Of a DNA stretch of 64,000 bases, positions 39,701 to 53,430 are shown piece after piece. Within the stretch, counting starts at the first letter, position 1, and each line of letters starts with the position of its first letter. The translations under genes and the position numbers were made by a program. Origin of the DNA: Octopus bimaculoides. Lineage: Eukaryota. The notes under the pieces are model-generated. The model saw only the letters and a list, made by a program, of their open reading frames with translations, had not been told where the DNA came from and ran no database searches. The DNA lies in contig NC_068984.1 of the NCBI RefSeq assembly GCF_001194135.2, positions 49,602,685-49,666,684 of the forward strand. The letters are read 5' to 3'.

Positions 39701-40920
39701 TATAGCCATTCCAAAGCATACAAAAACTGCTAACTTCACTTAATTATCTATTATTTGACATAAAATTTTTTTAAATGGTTAAGTAAAGTTAACAGTTTTT
39801 GTATGTTTTTGAACGGCTAATATGTGTCTTCTGTGCTGTAATTGCATTAATTTCAACACATGGTCTCTTACCAGATGAGTAAATTCTAAAATACAAATAA
39901 CTACGTGTATGATAAAAACAGGTATTTCAGCATGTCCAGTTACAAGTATTTGAACAGCAAAGATAACTAAAGATATATTTTTAAAGTGGAGTTGATTTTA
40001 TAAAATGTAGGATTTATGAATCCTACATTTAATAAAAATTAACTCCACTTTCAGAGAAGGTTGCTCAATTGCTTGGTGGCAGTTGGAAAGAATTTCAAAT
40101 GAGAAGAGTGAGATAATCTCAAGAACCAAGTAATTCTCTGAAATGTCACGCCACACATATATTATTGTTATTATGGTAATGTGATTCATGTAATCGGTCT
40201 TGAAGTGTCACCTCAGGCCATTCTGGCAGTCATCAATTGTTATTGTTATCTGTCTCCCTCACTGTTTTGTAGCTTGTCCAGTTCTTGATGTCAACAAACT
40301 AGAAGTCTTTCCACTTCTTGCAAATCCCTTTCATTTGTGCCCTTGAGAATATTTTTGAATACGAGTCATGCAGGACACGTATTCATATCAGGCAACCATT
40401 TGAAATTTAATTCTAGCTAGGAGCATATTTAATTACATGCTGCCTGAAAAGATTCTTATCTGATAATCTGTGCGCAAGATGTGTCATGATTTTTGAAGCA
40501 CTTATGCTTTAAACAACTGGGTGCTTCTTCTTATAACTTGTGGAGTTTGAGTTTTGAAGAAATTAATGAACCATCTTTCCCATATAATATTTAGCATTAC
40601 TATGGCAGATGAAACCAAGTCAGGTATTGCTACTATTTCCTTCATTGAGGTGTTGTTCTCAAAATGGACCTGAGATATAGTCAAATCTGATCAAAGCATT
40701 TACTAAAATATTTATTGAAATCAATTAATATGTGTTAGATGTTGAACTGACATTGGAAATGTTTCTCAGTTAGCAATTTGATCTTGAAACTCTGTACTGA
40801 TTAGATCCTTCTTTTTATCTGAATGTTGTATATCATTCTGCAAAATGTTTTCAACCATCTTCAATCTGTTCAGATGATCTCTCAGTACTTTACTGGAGTA
40901 ACTGACAACACATACATACT

Positions 40921-40983
<63 letters not shown>

Positions 40984-41803
40984 GACGGGGAGGGGTGTAC
41001 TGCACTTATATATCAATTTCAGCATGAGAAACCAGTTTTATCAATCAACTGCTTCACATTGAATTAGTATGCAAAGTGGCTAAGTAGACACTTTTAACCT
41101 TTGTGTAATTCTTAAGCAAAATAACCATGATGCAGTATGAGAAGGTGAACATTTGGATTAAAGGTATAATCCATTCAATGAACATCTACACAGTTTCTGT
41201 CTTTTCAAATTCTCTCACAGTCTTAGGTCAGTATGATGTTAGAATAAAGACAATTGCTCAAGATGCCAAGTATCAGGACAGAACTCAGAATTTCAGGTTT
41301 GTGAACTGAAATTCTTGACTACACACACACACACACACACAAACAAACAACAGCACACATTATTATTATATATTTTGAAGTCATATTAAATTAATGGGTT
41401 CACAGGACAAATGAAAGCTGTCCAACCATGCTTGATCATCAGTATGTATTTTTGCATTAGGAACTATAGTATCAAATGTATCCTCTTTTTAAAGGTGTCT
41501 CATTCTGTCTTATTCTTTTGTTCACATTCTGTCTGTTTGTTTTGTATCTGACTATTTCTTCCACTCACTACTCTATCTGGCTATTTCTTTCACTCACTAC
41601 TTGTCTCTCTCTTTTTCATATTCTGTCTATCTCCCATGCTTCAATGAATTTTACTTAAATTTACTATGTTAGTTCATTGTATCAATTATTTTTATGCATG
41701 GATATATGTATATATTTACGTAAATACATTAAATGCATAGGAAGGCAGATGTTAAACGATGATAATGATGATAATGATGATATATAATACATTAAATGCA
41801 TTT

Positions 41804-41894
<91 letters not shown>

Positions 41895-42419
41895 GGCATA
41901 TACATACAATCAGACATAGACTGACAGACACAGGTAGCTAGACATATTTTTGACAAAATGTGTGTATGTATGTATCTGTGCATCTGTTGCATGTATGTGT
42001 GAGTGAGTGTGTGTTTATCAAGAAGAAACAGACAAAGAATGAGAACACACTTTCATGCAAACACATATATATATACATTCCATAGTCTTTTAACACATCA
42101 GCAATAATAGTCAATCATTTAGTTTCACTGGTACTGTACTCTTAATTTGTTTATGCTAAGGCACAACAATTATATAGACAAATAAGTGCAATATTTTAAC
42201 ACAAGTGAGATATTCATATTGATATACACAAGTTTTATGATATATTTAACTACATGCATTTGCACACACACATACACACATATGGAGAGAGGAAGTAGTT
42301 AATGAACATACACTGTGAAGAAAAGGAAGAGATATTGATATCTTGGACAAGTTGTTCTCTATCAAAATTCATAGAGAGAGAAGAAAAAAATTAGTCAGAC
42401 AAAAAATGTGTAAATGTTT

Positions 42420-42432
42420 GCATGTGTGTGTG

Positions 42433-42492
<60 letters not shown>

Positions 42493-42508
42493 CTATGTAT
42501 GAAATGAA

Positions 42509-42548
<40 letters not shown>

Positions 42549-42659
42549 TGCTTGTGTGTATGTGTGTAAATAAATATATATACATACATATTGTGTAAAA
42601 ATGTTTGTTTATCTGTATATATTAAGTACATATATCTATTTATGTATTTTGCATGTATG

Positions 42660-42711
<52 letters not shown>

Positions 42712-42854
42712 TATGTATATGGTAATTTTTTTTTAATAAGATCATCAGAGTAGGAGGATCGGTGCTCCAAACCTTTGCAGTCACTTCAAGATTGGTGAAA
42801 CTGATACAGTTGTGCATACAAATATGTATGTATGCATGCATGTATGTCTGTACG

Positions 42855-42885
<31 letters not shown>

Positions 42886-42950
42886 GTATTTATATTTGAT
42901 CTGTATGTATGCATATATGCATGTATTCATGTATGTATGTATATGTGATA
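42420..42950. repeat. Compound microsatellite field (TA, TG, GA, TATG)
   Basis: Directly visible. Similar fields at about 14180-14870, 15740-16340, 19260-19690, 40910-40980, 41800-41900, 44690-44920, 51110-51560 and 63780-63920. Confidence 0.97.
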
Positions 42951-44238
42951 GTAATTGTTTTTTTCTGTATTGAAATGACTAGATATACCTCTAATTAAAT
43001 TGTGTACAAATCAAAAGGTCTAGCTAATATATAATCTTAAGTATTACATAAATATCATTTGATATTTCGTTTTATCACATACATTTTTTCTTTCATAATC
43101 AGCATATACATGGTAAATATCATATTTTGTAAGAACCACCTTTATTTTTTTCCCTCCATGCTCTTCACTTCATTAAAATAGTATATGCTGTTTTCAACTA
43201 TCTTAATATTCTTAATCAGGATATTGCATGATGCGATTATAATGGATCAAACGAAAAAAAAAAAATGAAATAACATGTGTAAATTAACACAAATTATAAA
43301 ATACATTTTGTTCTCTTCATTTATTTTTTCATCTTTCTTTCCTGTATTTATTTTATTTTTTATTTTATTTATTCATCTTTTCAACATCTACAATTTAATA
43401 TTACAATAATCAAATTATAGTTAAATATATTCTCAGCTAAATGATATAAATCTATCAAAAATCATGAAGTAAAAGAAAAATTATTTTCAATATAAAAATT
43501 ATATGAAAATCGAAAGTAAATTATTTCTATTTTATTCATTTTTTAAAAAAATTTTTCCCCATCACTCTACAAACAAATAAATAAAATAAAAGGAAGAAAA
43601 AATAGCAAAAGTTAAGTAAAATTTCTCCTATACATTTGTTTATTTATTTCTCTAAGCNNNNNNNNNNNNNNNNNNNNNNNNNNNNNNNNNNNNNNNNNNN
43701 NNNNNNNNNNNNNNNNNNNNNNNNNNNNNNNNNNNNNNNNNNNNNNNNNNNNNNNNNNNNNNNNNNNNNNNNNNNNNNNNNNNNNNNNNNNNNNNNNNNN
43801 NNNNNNNNNNNNNNNNNNNNNNNNNNNNNNNNNNNNNNNNNNNNNNNNNNNNNNNNNNNNNNNNNNNNNNNNNNNNNNNNNNNNNNNNNNNNNNNNNNNN
43901 NNNNNNNNNNNNNNNNNNNNNNNNNNNNNNNNNNNNNNNNNNNNNNNNNNNNNNNNNNNNNNNNNNNNNNNNNNNNNNNNNNNNNNNNNNNNNNNNNNNN
44001 NNNNNNNNNNNNNNNNNNNNNNNNNNNNNNNNNNNNNNNNNNNNNNNNNNNNNNNNNNNNNNNNNNNNNNNNNNNNNNNNNNNNNNNNNNNNNNNNNNNN
44101 NNNNNNNNNNNNNNNNNNNNNNNNNNNNNNNNNNNNNNNNNNNNNNNNNNNNNNNNNNNNNNNNNNNNNNNNNNNNNNNNNNNNNNNNNNNNNNNNNNNN
44201 NNNNNNNNNNNNNNNNNNNNNNNNNNNNNNNNNNNNNN

Positions 44239-44278
<40 letters not shown>

Positions 44279-45466
44279 TTTTCTTTCTCTCTCTCCCCCC
44301 TCTCTATTTATCTATCTCACTGTCTTTCTACTTCTATCTTTCTATCTTTCTGTCCATAAGTCTCTTTTGCTGCACACAAGTTGGTCTGTGCTCTGTTGCC
44401 ACTGTTGCTGCTATTTGTTACCTGTATTATTTGAGAAAAACGAAACCTAAATAAAAGGAAAGAGAAAGAAAATGCAAAAAAAAAAATATATATATATCAA
44501 ATAATGTGTGGAATTCCAATGCAGTAAATGTTATGGTGTGTTAGTGTAATCTTTTACTGGTTCCATTCAATGGGATGTATCCATACTAGGGCACCACCAT
44601 CTATATTAAATTTACTTATGTATAAGAATTTCTTTTTGCCAGTAAATAAGTGTGTATATCTGTTGTTAACAAAATGCATAATATTGTATGACTACATACA
44701 TATATACGTATATATACATATATGTATATATGTTGGATATCCTTATATATATATACATATATATATATGTATATGTATGTATGTGTATGTATGTGTATGT
44801 ATATTTGTGTTGGTAATTATATATATTTATATATAAATATATATATATATACATANNNNNNNNNNATATATGTATATATGTGTGTTCACATTTTATATCT
44901 GTGTACATGTTTGCATGTATTTATGTATATAAATGAAACTTCAGCTAGTGGCATCAGAGCAAAATAACTCTTGTTTACATTGTCTGCAGCTACTGCCTTA
45001 CATTCATCTATGTGCTCTTTGCTAGATTTCAATAAAGAATTTCATGGCTAAACAGTTGTCTTATGTATAGATATACATATATATTTATTTTAATTTAAAA
45101 GTGTTATTTCATGTTTTGCATTCCAGCTCCATCTTATGTTAAATATGCCAAACATAAATGTATGTCTTATGGTAGAACATATTATTCATCTTACCAGATA
45201 TCTTACAGAGAAAATATATATGTATAGCAAATTGAAAATATATGTATAATAATTTTTTTTTTATTTGCAAATGCCATAAAATGCCATGTTCCAGGTTTAA
45301 TTCCCTATAGTTATTATTTCACATCACTGATATATTGATTTATATCATAAAGATCAAAAGTCAGGGTTAGTGATAGCTTAATTGCTCATCTTTGAATCTA
45401 TTGGTAGAACTTAAGAGGACTCCATGTCTATGATATCAAAAAAATATGCGAAAGAAGGAACTACTA

Positions 45467-45743
45467 CATCATCATCATCATCATCACGATCATCATCATC
45501 ATCGTTTAACGTCTGCTTTCCATGCTAGCATGGGTTAGACGATTTGACTGAGGACTGGCGAACCAGATGGCTACACCAGGCTCTAATCTGATTTGGCAGA
45601 GTTTCTACAGCTGGATGCCCTTCCTAACGCCAACCACTCTGAGAGTGTAGTGGGTGCTTTTACGTGCCACCAGCACGAAGGCCAGTCAGGCAGTACTGGC
45701 AACAGCCTTGCTCAAAATGGTGTATTTTACGTGCCACCTGCAT
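45467..45743 (-). mobile_element. 5'-truncated RTE LINE (3' UTR only) with (CAT)n tail
   Basis: (cat)n-cgtttaacgtctgctttccatgctagcatgggttagacg...gccaaccactctgagagtgtagtgggtgcttttacgtgccacc. Confidence 0.9.
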
Positions 45744-46184
45744 AATAATTTAATTTGCCACCTATATTGTTATTTAATTTGCTAGAAAATAATTGAGGAA
45801 TCACAATCTACCATCTTGTGGAAGAAAATCCTCAGTGGAAAAAAACTACATTGGAAAATTACAAAAATACATTGCATCTAATAATAAAAAGGTGATATGA
45901 TCACAATTTGATTATAAGTTTGCTCGATAAGGGCTGATCTTAAGCTAAACAACACTAAAACTCTGTGTCAAACATGTAATGCTCATTGGTAGTCAAGAGT
46001 AAACAGTAAATAGGATACTCTTTTTCAACACTTACATGGTTACAATTTAGCTACTGTAAGGATATGGAACAATTGAATTATATGGCTTGCATATGTTAAA
46101 GTCTGTTTTATGGCTGTCAACCAATTAGGCAAGATCTTATCCTAGTTTCTGTGGTATTTAAGTAAGTTAGAGTACATGACTGCT

Positions 46185-46380
46185 TTCTGAATGAGATGTC
46201 AGTATATCACAAAACTACTCATCCACCCTCCTCACTGGTTGCTGCTGGTACTTATTTTCAGCTGAATGAATTTGAGCATTGTGTAATGAAGTACTTTACT
46301 CAAGGACAACACAACACATTGCCTGGTCCAAGAATCAAACCCATAAAATTATGATCATTATCCCAACACCCTAACCACAA
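46185..46380 (-). mobile_element. Highly diverged tRNA-derived SINE
   Basis: gctgctggtacttattttcagctgaatga...gaagtactttactcaaggacaacacaac...aagaatcaaaccc...caacaccctaaccac, a SINE head and body in reverse. Confidence 0.5.
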
Positions 46381-47334
46381 CATCAGTTTTAATATTTGAA
46401 CATATGATTTTATCATCACAGCCTATACATGTACAAAGACAGTGCCTTTGTTAAAAATTATTGGCAATGCTCTCATTTAATGTCTCATTTAAGTCCTCTA
46501 AAGGACTTTTTCACTTATTCAGCCTACCTTTTGCTGAGGAAGAATTCCATATTAGGCATAATAAGTTTTACTGAAAATGCAAGAATACACAGCTTTCTTT
46601 CTTTCTTTTTTATGGTCTGGCAATGGGAGAGTCAAGAAGATATTTGCTCGACTGTTTTTCACATTCTAGATGTCCATAATGACATGGTTATCATGCAGTT
46701 GCCTACAAACACTGAAACAGTTGTTTAATATATAATATAAGGAAGCTGAACAGAACAACAAATTTGCTTCGTTCCAATTTGTTTTATCGTTGGATTAAGC
46801 AATTAAAACAATGGAACCTACAGTGATACCTAAAAAGCCGATATCTTAAGAAAGTTTTGAAAACTAGGATATGTATAATTATATAATTTGTTGATGGCAT
46901 TGCTAGTTTCATCAAATATATCAAATGTTTTGGAGATGGAAAAAATCTTTTTTAAAGACATCCTTTTAATTACTGATGAATTTAACTAAAAGATACAGAT
47001 ATGGCATAAATCTTTACCGGAGTAGAAACAATGATCTATCAAAATAATATTCCAATATGATCTTTTAGATGATCACCATTATTCATCATTGTTTTAACAT
47101 TTATTTTTCCTTTCTAGTATAAGTTAGAAAAAAATTGTTGAGGCAGATTTTCTACAGATGGATGCACTTCCTGTTACTAACCCTCACCTGTTTCTAAGAA
47201 AAATAATATTTCTGCCTAGTTTGGACATGCTTTAATGGGAGATTGCAAACAAATGATACTTCTTGTATGGCACTGACTTTTATCTACAATTAGCAACAGA
47301 AGTCATGACAAACACACACACACACACACACAAA

Positions 47335-47505
47335 TGTATGTGTGTGACAGCTTCTTTTCAATTTCTGTCTACCAAATTCACTCACAAGGCTTTTGCTGGC
47401 CTGGGGCTATAGACAACACTTGCCCAAGCTGTTGGCACAATGGGACCAAACCTAAAACTGGGTGGTTGGGAAGCAAATGTCTTAACCACACAGCCACAGC
47501 TGCAC
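47335..47505 (-). mobile_element. tRNA-derived SINE (family A) head, diverged
   Basis: tttctgtctaccaaattcactcacaaggcttttgctggcctggggctatagacaacacttgcccaag...cttaaccacacagccac matches 50180-50335. Confidence 0.8.
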
Positions 47506-48127
47506 TTACTCTATCACATAAGCCCATGTTTTAATGAACTGAAGTCTATAGACTTAAGTGCACCACACAAATATACCTTTTTAAAAGACTACTGGATGTA
47601 ATTTGAAGAATATTTAACTTCTGTTTCAAGCAATTTTGAAAGATCCTGTCAATGTCTATTTGTTGGTTTATGAGGAGAATAGTTTGTTACTAATGACTCT
47701 CACACACACCCTGTCTCTATCATCATTTCTAAACAACTAGATATATACACAGCACACTAACATAAATACTGTTACAACTACACAACTCTAAAAGTTCTAT
47801 CCAATTCCTTCAACTAACTAACTAGCTAGCTCGCTCACTCGCTCCCTCGCTTGCTCACTCATTCACTCAATCACAAGCCATGGGCTAAGGTGAGATCATA
47901 GTCTCTTGATCTACAAATTTTGCTCAAATTTCTACCAATCATCTTGGACTACATTCGATAATGTGGTCTTAGATATACAATCACTGAGAAAAGGATGGGA
48001 TGCCAGTCTTACTAGGAACATATTTGATCTTTTGTCTCCTTTGTCAAAGCTCAGAGGTCTAAAAATAAGAACATATTGGCCATCTCAGTGTCAAGGTATA
48101 TTTAGTCAAAGCCGGCTTGTAACATGT

Positions 48128-49043
48128 ATCATCATCATCATCGTCGTCGTTTAACGTCCGCTTTCCATGCTAGCATGGGTTGGACGATTTGACTGAGGAC
48201 TGGCAAACCAGCAGGCTGCACCAGGCTCCAATCTGATCTGGCAGAGTTTCTACAGCTGAATGCCCTTCCTGATGCCAACCANNNNNNNNNNAGGACTGGC
48301 AAACCAGCAGGCTGCACCAGGCTCCAATCTGATCTGGCAGAGTTTCTACAGCTGAATGCCCTTCCTGATGCCAACCACTCTGAGAGTGTAGTGGGTGTTT
48401 TTACGTGCCACCTGCACGGGAGCCAGTCCAGCGGCACTGGCAACGACCTCGCTCGAATGATTTTCTAACATGCCACCAGCATAAGTGCTAGAAGGCGACG
48501 CTGGTAACGATTCCGTTCAAATGGTGCTATTTACAGGCCACTAGCATGGAAGCCAGACAGCTGCTTTGGCAATGAACATACTCGGACAGTGCTGTTAGTG
48601 CTCCACTGGCGCAGGTGCCAGTCATCAAGTATGGTTCAATTACGATTTCGATTTCACTTGCCCTAACAGGTCTTCGCAAGTAGAGTTTAGTGTCCAATGA
48701 AGGAGAGGTAGACATGGGTGCCAGTCATCGGATTCAGTTCAATTTCAATTTCAGATTCCAGATTTCAAATTGCAAATTCACTTGCCTCAACAGGTCTTCG
48801 CAAGCGGAGTTTATAGTGTCCAATTAAGTAAAGATACGAATAAGTGAGCTGGCTACACTTCTGGCAGAGGCCACAGATTATGCTCCAACTTGCCTTGCCG
48901 GGTCTTCTCACATACTGCATATTTCCAAAGGTCCCGGTCACTGGTCATTGCCTCGGTGAGGCCTAAAGTTCGAAAGTCATGCTTCACCACCTCATCTCAG
49001 GTCTTCCTGGGTCTACCTCTTCCACAGGTTCCCTAAACTGCTA
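48128..49043 (-). mobile_element. 5'-truncated RTE LINE: ORF2 C-terminus, 3' UTR and (CAT)n tail
   Basis: Minus frame AV*GTCGRGRPRKT*DEVVKHDFRTLGLTEAMTSDRDLWKYAVCEKTRQGK at about 48870-49040; canonical tail at 48128-48200. Confidence 0.93.
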
Positions 49044-49320
49044 AATCTATTTCTCTCAGTTTACTTTTAATTCTACCATTACATTGTATGTACCAAATCA
49101 CACACATACACACATGTATTCAAAGGTGCAAATATGTTTGTATGTGTGTGTGCGTGTGTGTGTGTGTGTGTATGTATATATGTAAATTATTATATTTTTT
49201 TTTATAGGTACATTAAATAACCATTTGTTTAGCATTCAATATATTATATTACACTCCAATACACACACTCACAAGAATCTATTCATACTTATATATATAT
49301 AAATACACTTTCATAGGATG

Positions 49321-49640
49321 CAGGGGAGGCACATAGCTTAGTGGTTTGGGTATTTGGCTTACACTTGTAAGATTATGTGTTCAATTCCTAGTGACACATT
49401 GTACCATTAAGCAAGACACTTTATTTCATATTGCTCCAGTCCACACAGCTGGCAAAGGTGTGTTGCACCTGTATTTCAAAGGGCCAGCCTTGTTACACTG
49501 AATCTCTCTGAGAACTATGTTAAGGGCATACATGTTTGTGGAATGCTCAGCCACTTGTATGTTAATTTCATGAGCAAGTGCTTCCATTGATCAAATCTAC
49601 TAGAATGCTCATCATCATAACCAACAGAGCGTCAGTTATG
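49321..49640 (+). mobile_element. tRNA-derived SINE (family C), diverged
   Basis: A-box-like atagcttagtggtt, B-box-like gtgttcaattcc, then aagcaagacactttatttcatattgctccagtccac; distinct from families A and B. Confidence 0.65.
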
Positions 49641-49930
49641 ATCCGGGTGTACAGGCTGTAATAACTAAGGAGTAAAAACATCATGGTACAATGATTAAAC
49701 AACAAAGAGCATCAAACCGATTAGTTTAATCATTCCATTCTTTTCCTATGGTTTTTGCTTTCCTGGTTATTTAGTCATTGCTCATTCACACATATGTGAG
49801 CATAGATGTGTGTTTGTGTGTTTGTGTGCATATGTGTGCAATATATTTTTAACTGATATTATTCTCTCACAAGAAAAAGATAGCAGTTTAATTAAACAAT
49901 ACATGATATAAACCATGTGTTGAGTGGTCT

Positions 49931-50335
49931 CTCTTTACTCTTTTAGTCTTTTACTTGTTTCAGTCATTTGACTGCGGCCATGCTAGAGCACCACTTTTAG
50001 TCAAGCAAATCGACCCCAGGACTTATTCTTTGGAAGCCTAGTACTTATTCTATCGGTCTCTTTTGCCGAACCGCTAAGTTACGGGGACATAAACACACAA
50101 GCATCGGTTGTCAAGCGATGTTGGGGGGACAAATACAAACACACAAACACACACATACACATACATATACATATATATGACAGGCTTCTTTCAGTTTCCG
50201 TCTACCAAATCCACTCACAAGGCTTTGGTCGGCCCGAGGCTATAGTAGAAGACACTTGCCCAAGGTGCCACGCAGTGGGACTGAACCCGGAACCATGTGG
50301 TTGGTAAGCAAGCTACTTACCACACAGCCACTCCT
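49931..50335 (-). mobile_element. Full-length young tRNA-derived SINE (family A)
   Basis: Minus head GGAGTGGCTGTGTGGTAAG (A box) and GGGTTCAGTCCC (B box), internal CA/TA microsatellite, (GAGTAAAA)-like tail, CpGs retained. Confidence 0.93.
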
Positions 50336-51108
50336 GTTCATTTATTGTTTACAAACTATAACATGTGTGTGGGTGTGTGTAAGTATATCCATCTGGCTGA
50401 AATCTCTCTAGAGCTATTAAAATGTATCCATTTAATCTTTACATTCTTTACCGATGGAAAAGGCATAAAGCTGTAAAAAAATGCAGGAAAAGTGATAAGA
50501 AATGGTGGCATTGACTTTGCAAGCAACAGCAAAGGCAACCCATCTAGGAAAGGAGTTATTCTAGATACAAAGTAAAGCAAAACTTCAAATATATAGGAAG
50601 ACAGAGAAGAAACACTCTAGCCACAGCAGTGAGACTTTTTAGTATAGAAGGTACAATAAAATACTCCCAGAACACACTGCAATGTAAATGGCAGTAGACA
50701 TATCATCTATCCATGAAAACCCATACCTAACTACGACATAGGCTGCAACAGAAGTGAACAGTTACTTCTGCTCTTATGCATGGGTGAGGGGCCAAAGGAC
50801 TGCAACAGATGGTAATACATGGTGCTGGAAAGGACTCATAAGAAATTGATGTTCATGATGGAGACAATGAGTAGAAAAGAGGATGATGTCAATTTTGTAC
50901 ATATATATGTATACATACATACATATAATTCAATAATAGGATAAAGTCTTTATAAGAATTTATCAAGTAGCTAGCGTGAAAAAACCTCAAAAGGGAAAAA
51001 TCCATCATTTAGTTCCGAAAATATATTTATGTATATAAGGGCATTACTATACATGAATGCCTCACGCTAAGAAGGACTCTAAGGTCAAACTACCATAATA
51101 AACACATT

Positions 51109-51188
<80 letters not shown>

Positions 51189-51350
51189 NNNNNNNNNNNN
51201 NNNNNNNNNNNNNNNNNNNNNNNNNNNNNNNNNNNNNNNNNNNNNNNNNNNNNNNNNNNNNNNNNNNNNNNNNNNNNNNNNNNNNNNNNNNNNNNNNNNN
51301 NNNNNNNNNNNNNNNNNNNNNNNNNNNNNNNNNNNNNNNNNNNNNNNNNN

Positions 51351-51440
<90 letters not shown>

Positions 51441-51494
51441 GTATAGATATACATACATAGAATATATATATGTATGTATGTGCATGTGTATGTG

Positions 51495-51534
<40 letters not shown>

Positions 51535-53430
51535 ATATATATATTTACATATATACATATGTCATCATATTTTCTTGTCATGATGTATGCAATTCAGATG
51601 TATTTTCTATATCTACAAAAGTTATTTCTAATATCACACATGCTTGTGCATACACACACACACACACACACATAAAAAGAGAGAGAGAGAGAGAGGAAGA
51701 AACATACACACACATAGCATGCATACAAACATATGTGTATTGATGCTGAATAAGTTGGTTAAAAAACTTTAACCTTTTATCATGTGTATTACATTTTGTT
51801 ACCTAACATCAATCCATTCTACTTGATGCATATTATATTCACTGGATTTTGACAATGAATGCCTTGACTTAGGGGAATATATTTTTAAGACAGATAATAA
51901 AATGTGTCTCTTAGAATGTAGCAAGGCATTCAATCGTTTGACAGTTAAGCACAATAAGTCTGCAGAAAATGCCAGTAATTTGTCTGCCCACGAATCTTCA
52001 TTGTACACAGACAAGTAATCAGGAGAATAAGCTCATGCTTTTTGCATGAGGAAAATGAAGATGAAAGTTTGCTACATACTGTTTCTAACAATCCATATTT
52101 CTTTTGGAACTGCTATACTGTTCCTCTCACTTTTCTATTTATTTAATTTATTTATTAGCTGTGTGTTTGTTATCTGACGAACCTTAAAAGAAATCTTGGT
52201 TACTTACATATTATTCCTCTTATGAGAGTGTCATTTTTTGTGTGTGTATGCATGTTAATAGTTAAAAGATAGTTAAAAGAATTTAGATATGTTGTTAATA
52301 ATGTTGATAAAAGAAATTTCCTTTTATTTGGATTAATACATAGCAGGATATTTCAAATAAGTTTAGAGTTTATTTTTACCAAATTAAAGATAAAGTTGGT
52401 TTGCTTTTTAACATTTTGGTCTTCTCAGTGAGGAATTTTGTAAATAATGGCATTTATAACAACAACAAAAGGATACAACTCCCAACATATGGAAAGTAAA
52501 AGATACTGTAAACACAGAGACTTGCAATAAAATAAAAAAAAAATGTATTTCTTTGTCACAGAATATTCTTTGAAAAATTATTGACAAAGACAAATTTTTT
52601 TAGCAATATTTGTAGTATGCACACACAAGCTGCTCTGAATGAAGGTGCTCTTAAATCAGAATTTGTTTTATTTATTTTTTGAGTATCACTGCACACAAGA
52701 ATTGAAAATAGGTGATTTTGCACAAATGAGGTCAGCATGTCAAATCTATTTAACCAAGAAAAACATTATTCTTTCTGAGCACTTTAAAAAGGAATGAGAA
52801 AGAAACAAAACATGAAATATGTCTTCATTACTAGGGACATGGAGGTGTTCCTTATATAGCAAAACGGTAGTTGTATTTAGCGCCAGTCGAAGTTTGAAAG
52901 AATATTGTCTCATTTAACCAAGGTAAATTACTACCCCATGTTTATACAAGTACTTTTCAAAAATGATGATGCAACAAGAAAACAGGCCAAGAAAACACAA
53001 TATACAGTTGCTCATATACATCATCATCATCATCATCATTACATGTGCCACAATAACTGGAGTGGTAAGAATTGGATGGTTAAGAATGCTGGTAACAACA
53101 ATGATACTAACTCATCATCACCTTCTTAATAAGCGGCTAATGAGTTCTGAGATCAAGGAAAATGATGTGGTCAGGTGAGTTCTCAATGGGCATTCAAGCT
53201 CTCATGGATCTTGAAGACAGGAAAACTATCCCAGAAATGATACCAGTTGTGAGTGTAAAGGAAAGCGCAATGAGACCACAAATTCAGGACAGCAAGCTTT
53301 GTTCCTTACACATGCAACAATAAAAACCATTTGAGGGTGCTCTACCCATAGGAGCAGTGAAAACAGTATGAAGGAAAACATCAGCAGAAATATTGACATC
53401 AAGCCCCTCCAAAATGTTATTGTTTTAAAG

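Noticed and set aside
44570-44640. MGCIHTR... resembling an N-myristoylation/palmitoylation start
   Set aside because: No convincing donor, and the frame runs into a microsatellite.
48204-48381. Tandem duplication inside the RTE tail across a 10-N gap
   Set aside because: Identical copies either side of a tiny gap indicate a scaffolding overlap.
20077-50335. tRNA genes, rRNA, CRISPR arrays or prokaryotic systems
   Set aside because: A/B boxes occur only as SINE heads without a cloverleaf. No rRNA, repeat-spacer arrays or operon-like ORFs are present, and the DNA is clearly eukaryotic.
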